DNA of 64,000 bases from Lentibacillus sp. (lineage in GTDB: Bacteria; Bacillota; Bacilli; Bacillales; Amphibacillaceae): contig NZ_DATGTT010000017.1 of assembly GCF_035301675.1 (NCBI RefSeq), positions 1,662 through 65,661 of the forward strand. The letters are read 5' to 3'. The notes below the pieces were generated by a model. That model was not told the DNA's origin. It saw nothing but the letters and a program-made list of their open reading frames with translations, and ran no database searches. Both the position numbers and the translations under genes were made by a program. This document shows positions 49,714 through 57,961 of the stretch, in pieces (the stretch's first letter is position 1; every line of letters begins with the position of its first letter).

Positions 49714-50892
49714 CTAACTGGTCACCTCCTTTAAATTCAACTGGCTCATACGGTCGATGACGTCATCCAATCGTTCAGTTGTAACCGTAAGCGCCACCCT
49801 GAAGTACCCTTCCCCCCGTGAACCAAACGCATTTCCGGGGGTGACAATCACACCCGCTTCGTGCAGCAATTTATTTGCAAACGACATCGACGTAAAGCCG
49901 TCCGGCACTTTTGCCCAAAGAAAAATTGTGCCATTCGGTTTATCAGCCTTGATACCAAGCTTTTCGAACGCTTTATAAAGTTTCTCCATGCGTTGCTGAT
50001 AAACAGTGTTATGTTTTTGAACTTCCGAAAAATCACTTCGCAGTGCAGCAGCGGCAGCTTTTTGAATCGGCAAAAACTGGCTTGAATCAATATTGCTTTT
50101 AAATGCTGCCAATGCATTAATGACTTCTTTGTTACCGACAAGATAGCCTATCCGCCAGCCTGTCATGTTAAAGCTCTTCGACAGGGAACCAAACTCCACT
50201 GCGCATTCTTTAGCATCAGGAATTTGCATCACACTAGGTGCTTTATAACCATTAAATGTAATCATGTCATACGCTGCATCATGCACAAGCAGCATTTGAT
50301 TTTCCCGGGAAAATGCAATCGCTTTCAAAAATGTGTCATAACTAATCGTAGCTGCTGTCGGGTTGCCCGGATAGTTTAATAGCATTAATTTTGCCTGATT
50401 GATAGATTCTTGGTCCACATAATCATATAGCGGCACATAACCATTTGCGTCATCCAGCGGCAGTGCCGTACTCTTCCCGCCGGCTAAATGTACAGCCGTT
50501 CCATAAACTGGATATCCGGGATCTGGAATCAGCACAGTATCCCCGGGGTTGATGGTTGCATGCATCAGATTGGCAATCCCTTCTTTTGATCCGATCACAG
50601 CGAGCACTTCCGTCTCCGGGTCCAAGTCGACATCATACTGTTTTTTATAAAAGTGGGCAACCGCTTCTTTGAATTCTTTAGCACCGCTATATGTGGAATA
50701 GCGATGATTGGCAGGAATTTTTGATTCCTCGGCCAGCCGGTCAACAATAAAATCAGGTGTCGGCAAATCCGGTGCGCCAATTCCCAAATCAATCACATCA
50801 ACACCGTCCGCCTGAAGTTCCTTTTTCTTCTTCTGAAATTCGGAAAATAAATATGGCGGTAAATTGCTCACTTTATCAGAAACAAAAGACAT
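49714..50892 (-). CDS. Class I/II PLP aminotransferase (DapL/MtnE-like)
   Basis: IDLGIGAPD, GSKEG, LNYPGNPT, HDAAY, SLSKSFNMTGWRIG. Confidence 0.92.
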   Translation of the reverse strand: MSFVSDKVSNLPPYLFSEFQKKKKELQADGVDVIDLGIGAPDLPTPDFIVDRLAEESKIPANHRYSTYSGAKEFKEAVAHFYKKQYDVDLDPETEVLAVIGSKEGIANLMHATINPGDTVLIPDPGYPVYGTAVHLAGGKSTALPLDDANGYVPLYDYVDQESINQAKLMLLNYPGNPTAATISYDTFLKAIAFSRENQMLLVHDAAYDMITFNGYKAPSVMQIPDAKECAVEFGSLSKSFNMTGWRIGYLVGNKEVINALAAFKSNIDSSQFLPIQKAAAAALRSDFSEVQKHNTVYQQRMEKLYKAFEKLGIKADKPNGTIFLWAKVPDGFTSMSFANKLLHEAGVIVTPGNAFGSRGEGYFRVALTVTTERLDDVIDRMSQLNLKEVTS

Positions 50893-50905
50893 CCCATATC
50901 CCCCT

Positions 50906-50973
50906 ATTTCATTTTGTGAAATGCCATTTCATTAATCTGATGTAAGTGTAAATCACCGTCTGAAAAATTGCAA
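50906..50973 (-). promoter_or_regulatory. Sigma-A promoter with downstream operator-like inverted repeats
   Basis: TTGCAA-N17-TACACT; ATTTCA-N5-TGAAAT-N3-ATTTCA at 50906-50931. Confidence 0.65.
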
Positions 50974-51015
50974 CTGTCGCTAAATATTTTCTTTTATATA
51001 ATTCAAGCTTTTAGA

Positions 51016-51075
51016 AGCCCGCTCAAGGTCCTGTGCTCGCGCCCATGTTTTCATTCTGGCGCCCATACTAATACT
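51016..51075 (+). repeat. Degenerate 20-bp tandem array
   Basis: CTCGCGCCCATGTTTTCATT resembles CTCGGGCTGAAGTTTTCATT of the 38711 array; GCGCCCAT recurs 20 bp later. Confidence 0.5.
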
Positions 51076-51188
51076 CGATGCCAGTGTTAAAATTCTTTTT
51101 TTCTGCCAGTAAAATGATTAAACATTCCAAACATCTCAGTTGACTGTTATGATTAAGGAAATCCATCAATTCTTTTAAACGGGGTGCT

Positions 51189-52463
51189 ATGATGAATACC
51201 GAAAAAGCGTATGCGGCTTATTTGGACCAGCAGGATGAGCTGGCAAATTTCCGGGATGAATTTTATATACCTGAAAATACCATTTATATGGACGGCAATT
51301 CACTTGGACTGTTGTCAAAACGGGCGGAGCAGGCCGTTGATGACATGATGGCTTCGTGGAAAACATATGCCATTGACGGATGGACAAATGGCAATGAACC
51401 GTGGTATTACCTGTCCGAAAAGCTGGGCGCGGTGACGGCTCCGTTAATCGGTGCCAGTCCTGAGGAAGTCGTTGTTACCGGATCGACGACCACTAACCTG
51501 CATCAGCTCACCGCCAGTTTTTATCAACCTGAGGGAAAGAAAACTAAAATACTTGCAGATACATTGAACTTTCCGTCTGATATTTATGCGCTGAAAAGTC
51601 AATTGAAGCTGAAAGGCTATAATCCGGATGAACACCTTATACAAGTCGAAAGCAATGATGGCAATATGCTCGACACAAAGGACATTATCGATGCGATGGC
51701 CGACGATGTTGCCCTCATCGTCCTTCCCGGTGTCTTGTACCGGAGCGGCCAAGTGCTCGATATGAAAACATTGACGGATGAAGCACATAGACGCGGGATT
51801 CCAATCGGCTTCGATCTTTGCCACTCTATCGGATCGGTTCCGCACCAATTATCAAAATGGGGTGTCGACTTTGCATTTTGGTGCACGTATAAACATTTGA
51901 ATGCAGGCCCCGGAAGTGTCGCGGGACTATATGTGAACCGGAAACATTTTGGCCGCGAACCCGGGCTTGCCGGATGGTTCAGTTCATCAAAGGAGAAACA
52001 ATTTGATATGGAGCATACACTCACACCCGCTCAAGATGCAGGCACTTATCAGATCGGCACACCGCATCTGTTAAGTGCTGCACCACTGCTTGGTTCGTTA
52101 GAGATGTTCGCACAGGCTGGAATTGACAACATCCGCCAGAAATCACTCCAGCTCACGCAATATTTTATAGAACTGCTGGAAACTGAGCTGACCGATTACG
52201 GATTTACAATCGCCAACCCAAGAAAAACTGAAGAACGCGGCGGACATATCTACCTTGAACACCCGGATGCTGCACGCATTTGCAAGGCTTTAAAAGCAGA
52301 CGGGGTCGTACCTGATTTTCGCAAGCCGAACGGTATCCGCCTGGCGCCTGTCGCACTGTATAACAGCTTTACAGAGGTATGGAAGACCATTCAAATACTG
52401 AAAACAATCATGAACGAGGAGCGTTATAAACAATATGAAAACGAAAGGGGTATCATTGCCTGA
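51189..52463 (+). CDS. kynU: Kynureninase
   Basis: [36 protein letters not shown]. Confidence 0.96.
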   Translation: MMNTEKAYAAYLDQQDELANFRDEFYIPENTIYMDGNSLGLLSKRAEQAVDDMMASWKTYAIDGWTNGNEPWYYLSEKLGAVTAPLIGASPEEVVVTGSTTTNLHQLTASFYQPEGKKTKILADTLNFPSDIYALKSQLKLKGYNPDEHLIQVESNDGNMLDTKDIIDAMADDVALIVLPGVLYRSGQVLDMKTLTDEAHRRGIPIGFDLCHSIGSVPHQLSKWGVDFAFWCTYKHLNAGPGSVAGLYVNRKHFGREPGLAGWFSSSKEKQFDMEHTLTPAQDAGTYQIGTPHLLSAAPLLGSLEMFAQAGIDNIRQKSLQLTQYFIELLETELTDYGFTIANPRKTEERGGHIYLEHPDAARICKALKADGVVPDFRKPNGIRLAPVALYNSFTEVWKTIQILKTIMNEERYKQYENERGIIA

Positions 52464-53110
52464 TGGGACATGTAAAATGGATCGATATTTCACAGCCGCT
52501 CACAAATGATATGGCCCACTTCCCCGGTGACACGCCATTTAACTACGAGCTGACGTTTACAAAACAACACACCGGATCAGTGAACGTCGGACAAATTACC
52601 GGCAGTGTCCACACCGGCACACACATTGACGCGCCGTACCACTATGATTCCGGCGGTAAGACAGTTGATCAATTGGATATTAATCTGTACATCGGCGAGG
52701 CTGTCGTCATTGATGTCAGCCACACCAAGAAAATAACGGCCGAAACACTAAAACCGTTTAACCTGGATGGCGCAACACGTGTTTTGCTGCATACGTCACT
52801 GCCGAATAACCCGAAACATTTTCCCGATCAAATGCCAGAGCTTGACCCCAGTGTTGCGGCATTTCTTCACGAACATGACGTCAATCTGATCGGTGTTGAT
52901 TTGCCTTCTGTCGATCCGCCTGAAAGTAAGGATCTTGCTGCACACCATGCACTCTATGACAAGAACATTTTCATTCTGGAAAACCTGATGCTTGATCACG
53001 TCAAGCCTGGACGCTATGAACTTGTTGCACTGCCGCTCGCGATTGATGGTGCTGACGGCAGCCCGGTCCGTGCTGTGCTGAGGTCAATTAAAAAACAGGA
53101 GGCGAACTGA
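52463..53110 (+). CDS. kynB: Kynurenine formamidase
   Basis: [27 protein letters not shown]. Confidence 0.95.
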   Translation: MGHVKWIDISQPLTNDMAHFPGDTPFNYELTFTKQHTGSVNVGQITGSVHTGTHIDAPYHYDSGGKTVDQLDINLYIGEAVVIDVSHTKKITAETLKPFNLDGATRVLLHTSLPNNPKHFPDQMPELDPSVAAFLHEHDVNLIGVDLPSVDPPESKDLAAHHALYDKNIFILENLMLDHVKPGRYELVALPLAIDGADGSPVRAVLRSIKKQEAN

Positions 53111-53111
53111 C

Positions 53112-53948
53112 ATGAGCAATAATCCATTCGAACAGGAAAAAGGAATTCATACCGACTTCAAGGAAAAAATGACCTATGGGGATTACTTGCAGCTCGACAA
53201 CCTTTTGGACAGCCAAAAACGGCTTTCCAGCCATCATGATGAAATGCTGTTTATCATCATTCATCAAGTAAGCGAACTTTGGATGAAACTGATTATCCAC
53301 GAAACGAGAGGCGCTATTCAGGCGATCGAACAGGATAATCTGAGAGCTTCGTTTAAAATGCTTGCGCGCGTCTCAAAAATACAGTCGCAAATCATTCATG
53401 CCTGGGATGTGCTGGCAACCCTGACACCTGCCGAGTTTCTGGAGTTCCGCGATAAACTCGGAAATGCGTCAGGATTCCAGTCATACCAGTACCGTCTGGT
53501 TGAATTTGTTTTAGGCTATAAAACACCGCATATTTTAAAAATTTATGTAAAGAATCCGGAAGTTTATGCGATTTTGGAGGAAGCTTACTACAAACCGGGA
53601 CTTTATGATGTTGCCATCCAGGCTTTGGCCCGGCATGGATTTGACATTGATCGGGAAATCCTCGATCGTGATTTTTCCAAAACATACGAAAAGAATGCTT
53701 CAGTCGAGAAAGCTTGGATGGACGTGTACCGTGATGTATCAGTATATTGGGAACTATATGAGCTGGCGGAAAAGCTGGTCGATATTGAAGACTGGTTCCA
53801 GCAGTGGCGTTTCCGGCATATGAAAACGGTGGAACGGATCATCGGACATAAAATAGGCACCGGCGGCTCATCAGGTGTCGGTTATTTGAAACAGGTGCTC
53901 AATCACTATTTCTTCCCGGAATTATGGGAGCTTCGGACCAAAATATAA
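53112..53948 (+). CDS. kynA: Tryptophan 2,3-dioxygenase
   Basis: [47 protein letters not shown]. Confidence 0.97.
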   Translation: MSNNPFEQEKGIHTDFKEKMTYGDYLQLDNLLDSQKRLSSHHDEMLFIIIHQVSELWMKLIIHETRGAIQAIEQDNLRASFKMLARVSKIQSQIIHAWDVLATLTPAEFLEFRDKLGNASGFQSYQYRLVEFVLGYKTPHILKIYVKNPEVYAILEEAYYKPGLYDVAIQALARHGFDIDREILDRDFSKTYEKNASVEKAWMDVYRDVSVYWELYELAEKLVDIEDWFQQWRFRHMKTVERIIGHKIGTGGSSGVGYLKQVLNHYFFPELWELRTKI

Positions 53949-54030
53949 TCCAGTTCAGTATGTGATTGTGGCCGATGCCAAAAATGGTATATAATATTGG
54001 TTACATTTTTAAAGTGGAGAGGAGTCAATT

Positions 54031-55365
54031 ATGCGTGATCATTGGTCTTCCAGAATTGGTTTTATTTTATCATCAGCAGGAGCGGCAATTGGGCTAGGGG
54101 CTATATGGAAGTTCCCATACATGACCGGGATGAATGGGGGCGGTGCCTTTTTCCTGCTTTTTATTGCATTTACGTTAATCATCGGTCTCCCCTTGCTGAT
54201 CACCGAATTTGTCATCGGCCGCGGAGCCCAAAAGGAAGCCGTCAGTGCCTTCAAAAAGCTCGCTCCCGGCAGCGGCTGGTCAATCATCGGCTATTGGGGC
54301 GTCGCCGGCTCGTTTATCCTATTGTCATTTTACAGTGTTGTCGGTGGCTGGGTACTCATTTATAGTATGATGTCACTGTTTGGCTCCATCATTTCCGACA
54401 ATACCAATTATGAACAGTTATTCGGCACGATTACCGGCAATCCGCTTATCGCCATTTCCGGACATGCCCTGTTTTTAATCCTCGCTGTCATTATTGTTTC
54501 ATTTGGGATTAAAGAGGGGATTGAAAAAGCCAGCAAAGTGATGATGCCATTATTATTTATTTTCTTTATTATACTGGTTGCTCGGTCCGTTACCTTTGAA
54601 GGCGCGGCTGAAGGTTTAAAATTCTTCCTGCAGCCGGACTTTTCCAAAATGACAGCTGAAGGTATCTTGTATGCACTCGGCCAGTCCTTCTTTGCCCTGG
54701 CAGTCGGTTTTTCAGTGATGGTAACATACAGTTCTTACCTTAAAAAAGATGTGAGCCTGCCCTTTTCAGCGGCTTCTGTTTCAATTATGAACATTTTTGT
54801 TTCACTTTTAGCCGGGCTGGCCATTTTTCCTGTCGTCTTTTCATTTGGACTGGAGCCGACGGAGGGACCCGGACTGCTATTCATGGTGCTGCCAGCCGCA
54901 TTTGCACAAATGCCGCTCGGTGAAGTGTTTCTTAGTTTATTCCTGCTATTATTTTTGTTTGCCATATTTACATCGGCATTCAGCATGCTCGAGATTATGA
55001 CATCCGCTGTCACTGCCAGAAAGAACTATTCTCGGACCAAAGTCGCCTGGGTTTCCGGTCTGATTGTTTTCATTGCGGGGATTCCTGCTGCATTGTCTTC
55101 CAGTACGCTGGCAAACTTTAAGATTTTTGGGAAGACCGTTTTTGACGCCAGTGACTTTCTTGTCAGTAATATAATGCTCCCGGGCGGATGTTTGCTGATG
55201 GCGTTATTCGTCGGGATCAGGATGGATCGTACGTTGATGAAACAGGAATTTTCCTATGGCAATAATCTGTCATCCGGAGCATACCAGCTCTGGTTTCAAA
55301 TTATGCGCTGGCTCGTGCCGCTCACGATTGTTATCGTATTTTTAAATTCATTAGGGATCATTTAG
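54031..55365 (+). CDS. Sodium-dependent SNF/NSS family transporter
   Basis: WSSRIGFILSSAGAAIGLGAIWKFPY, GQSFFAL, GPGLLF. Confidence 0.92.
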   Translation: MRDHWSSRIGFILSSAGAAIGLGAIWKFPYMTGMNGGGAFFLLFIAFTLIIGLPLLITEFVIGRGAQKEAVSAFKKLAPGSGWSIIGYWGVAGSFILLSFYSVVGGWVLIYSMMSLFGSIISDNTNYEQLFGTITGNPLIAISGHALFLILAVIIVSFGIKEGIEKASKVMMPLLFIFFIILVARSVTFEGAAEGLKFFLQPDFSKMTAEGILYALGQSFFALAVGFSVMVTYSSYLKKDVSLPFSAASVSIMNIFVSLLAGLAIFPVVFSFGLEPTEGPGLLFMVLPAAFAQMPLGEVFLSLFLLLFLFAIFTSAFSMLEIMTSAVTARKNYSRTKVAWVSGLIVFIAGIPAALSSSTLANFKIFGKTVFDASDFLVSNIMLPGGCLLMALFVGIRMDRTLMKQEFSYGNNLSSGAYQLWFQIMRWLVPLTIVIVFLNSLGII

Positions 55366-55512
55366 GTGCCGGAAGTCTGCATTGCAGGCTTCCTTTTATC
55401 TCGGCTGCTGAAACCAAAGCAAAATGATTGGGCCTTTAATTGTGAACTTTAGCATTTGGGGTTAATCCTTTTCAAAACAGGGAATTTTACTATGTAAAGG
55501 AGGTTATTACAT

Positions 55513-56856
55513 ATGGCTGATAAAATTGTTATTGTCGGGGGTGTTGCGGGCGGAGCCAATGTTGCAGCCCAAATCCGCAGAAATGATAACGAATCGGGTA
55601 TAACGTTGTTTGATAAAGGTGAACAGGTGGCTTTCTCAACATGCGGCATGCCGTATTATATCGGCGGTGTTGTTGATAAACGAGAGCATCTGCTTGTCAG
55701 CAGTGATAAAATCGCAGGCAAATTTGACATTAACCTGCAGACCAATACCGAGGTCATCGCCATCGACCGGGAACACAAACAGCTTACTTACCAGGATTCC
55801 ACGGGGGAGCACCAGACTTCCTATGATAAACTGATCCTTTCGCCTGGCGCTTCCGCCAAAAAACCCGAACTTGAAGGAATGAATGACAAACGGACATTCA
55901 CCTTGCATAGTATACCGGACATGGATGCGATTGAACATTATATTGAAACGGATAAACCTCAGAATTGCGCCATTGTCGGTGCCGGTTTTATCGGTCTGGA
56001 AATGGTGGAAAATATGCAGGCACGCGGGATTGACTGTACAATCATCGACCGCAATGAACAGGTTATGAAGCTGGTTGATGCAGATCAGGCTTGCATTATC
56101 GAAGACCATCTGAAAGCGAAAAATGTTCGGCTTTTGCTGGATGATGGGCTCGAATCATTTTCCAGCAACGGTGCTACACTCAACTTAACAAGCGGGAAAA
56201 GTGTTCAGGCTGACATGACCATCATGGCAGTCGGCATTAAGCCGAATACGAAGCTTGCCGGTGAAAGCGGACTGGAGATTGGCGAAACAGGTGCCATTAA
56301 GGTAAATGACTATATGCAGACGAACGATCCTGATATTTACGCTCTGGGTGATGCGATTCAGACAAACGATCTGCTGACGGGGGAACCAAGACATGTTGCG
56401 CTCGCGGGTCCGGCACACCGCCAGGCTTTTATTCTTGTTAACCACCTTCAGGGAGACTGCACTCCATATGCAGGTATTCAAGGCACAGCTATTTTCAAAG
56501 TGTTTGATTTGAGTGCAGGCGCTGCAGGGCTTAATAAAGCCGTCTTAAATCATTTGGGCATCAACTACAAAGAAGCGGCTCATGAAGCTCTGTCACATGC
56601 CGGATATTATCCCGGAGCGGAAAAAATCAGCTTAAAAGTCTTGTTTGATGCTGAAAATGGGCGCATATACGGTGCTCAGGCTGTTGGCAGAGAAGGCGTG
56701 GATAAACGTCTGGCGGTATTGGCAACAGCTATGAAAGCAAAAATGACCGTCTATGATCTTTCGGAGCTGGAACTGGGCTATGCTCCGCCATATTCATCGC
56801 CAAAGGACCCGATTAACATCCTTGGTTATAAAGCAGCAGGCATGCTAGAAGCATAA
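55513..56856 (+). CDS. cdr: CoA-disulfide reductase
   Basis: GGVAGG, AFSTCGMPY redox Cys, GAGFIGLE, YAPPYS. Confidence 0.88.
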   Translation: MADKIVIVGGVAGGANVAAQIRRNDNESGITLFDKGEQVAFSTCGMPYYIGGVVDKREHLLVSSDKIAGKFDINLQTNTEVIAIDREHKQLTYQDSTGEHQTSYDKLILSPGASAKKPELEGMNDKRTFTLHSIPDMDAIEHYIETDKPQNCAIVGAGFIGLEMVENMQARGIDCTIIDRNEQVMKLVDADQACIIEDHLKAKNVRLLLDDGLESFSSNGATLNLTSGKSVQADMTIMAVGIKPNTKLAGESGLEIGETGAIKVNDYMQTNDPDIYALGDAIQTNDLLTGEPRHVALAGPAHRQAFILVNHLQGDCTPYAGIQGTAIFKVFDLSAGAAGLNKAVLNHLGINYKEAAHEALSHAGYYPGAEKISLKVLFDAENGRIYGAQAVGREGVDKRLAVLATAMKAKMTVYDLSELELGYAPPYSSPKDPINILGYKAAGMLEA

Positions 56857-56897
56857 CTTAAGATTAGTTGCCCTCTGCTCCAATCAACGCCATGATG

Positions 56898-57013
56898 GCG
56901 CAGGAAATACACGAAGATTCCAGCGGGAGGAAAGGCCTCGGTGAGACCCCGCGGAACAGAGTTCGAGGAGGCTCATCAGCCGCCCGCGGAAAGCGAAGTT
57001 TATTTTCGGAGCG
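56898..57013 (+). repeat. Free-standing structured core of the family B element, without TIRs
   Basis: GGTGAGACCCCGC...GAGGAGGCTCATCAGCCGCCCGCGGAAAGCGAAG. Confidence 0.8.
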
Positions 57014-57057
57014 GTGTCTTTTCACTTTAAACTAATGGTCAGTAACCCTTCAAAATA

Positions 57058-57105
57058 CGGCGGCTAACTGTCCCTAAATGTCCGAAGCTGTTCAACTAAC
57101 ATTCA
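57058..57105 (-). repeat. Family A repeat fragment
   Basis: Reverse complement TGAATGTTAGTTGAACAG...CAGTTAGCCGCCG matches 387-435. Confidence 0.8.
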
Positions 57106-57166
57106 TCATGGAAAAGAGCCCAACGTAAAGAAGCACCGGCGAACGGCGCTTCTTTTTAAACAACTA

Positions 57167-57835
57167 TTAAAATCCTTCATCAAAACGGTAGATTAATCGG
57201 AATTTGTCTTCGTCCGACAGAGCCGATACATGGACTCTGACATCATGTCCAAAAAACACTTCATCATCTGTCATCGCAACAACCATTGCCTTTGTCTCGT
57301 TTTTAATATCATAATAAATATCTCCAACAACCGGAGAATCTCCCCCGTCATCACCGGAAATCTGTGGCGATTCATCTTCGGCGAGCTGCACTTCTGAAAC
57401 AAGTGTTTTGTCGTAATAAGCTATATCTTCACTATCTTCCGTCTTTCCAGGAACCAATACAACATATTCACTGTGTTTCACACCGTTATCCCGTGTTGTG
57501 ACAACATTTCCATCTTCCACATTGTCGACCTTTTCAATTTCGTTTAGTGAATAATGATCGAGAAAATCCGGTGCCGGCTTGATAATTAAGATATAATCGC
57601 CTTGCTCAGGTATCTTGTTTTTATCAATTGTGTAGCGTTTCCCGTAAAAAATAAATGAATCATTATGTTTTGGCTTGCATGGTTCAATGTTGCTGGCCCT
57701 TGTTATGTCCTGCTGCATATCCTTTAAACGGTAAAGGTGTACAGATTGCTTGAACATAGGTTTCACGGAATACACCTTATGCAGCTCATTCTTATAATAG
57801 ACAAATTGTCCCTTTCTGACTTGAAACAGCTTCAT
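57167..57835 (-). CDS. Hypothetical protein
   Basis: AAGGAGGT RBS before ATG 57835; 222 aa; followed by a terminator hairpin near 57127-57156. Confidence 0.75.
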   Translation of the reverse strand: MKLFQVRKGQFVYYKNELHKVYSVKPMFKQSVHLYRLKDMQQDITRASNIEPCKPKHNDSFIFYGKRYTIDKNKIPEQGDYILIIKPAPDFLDHYSLNEIEKVDNVEDGNVVTTRDNGVKHSEYVVLVPGKTEDSEDIAYYDKTLVSEVQLAEDESPQISGDDGGDSPVVGDIYYDIKNETKAMVVAMTDDEVFFGHDVRVHVSALSDEDKFRLIYRFDEGF

Positions 57836-57961
57836 TCTCTTACCTCCTTCGATATTATAGATTATAACACTTTTATTTTCCGCAATACGATACAAATTAA
57901 ACATAAAATTGATGAATATACAAATTTATACATTAATTTTTAAAAATTAGTGCTTAAACGA

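Noticed and set aside
45133-50892. Lysine or branched-chain amino acid biosynthesis operon (DapL, IlvB, saccharopine dehydrogenase)
   Set aside because: No ilvH/ilvC, dap or homocitrate-pathway genes and no lysine riboswitch or T-box; ALDHs, GCDH-like enzyme, IclR and a cre-like site point to catabolism
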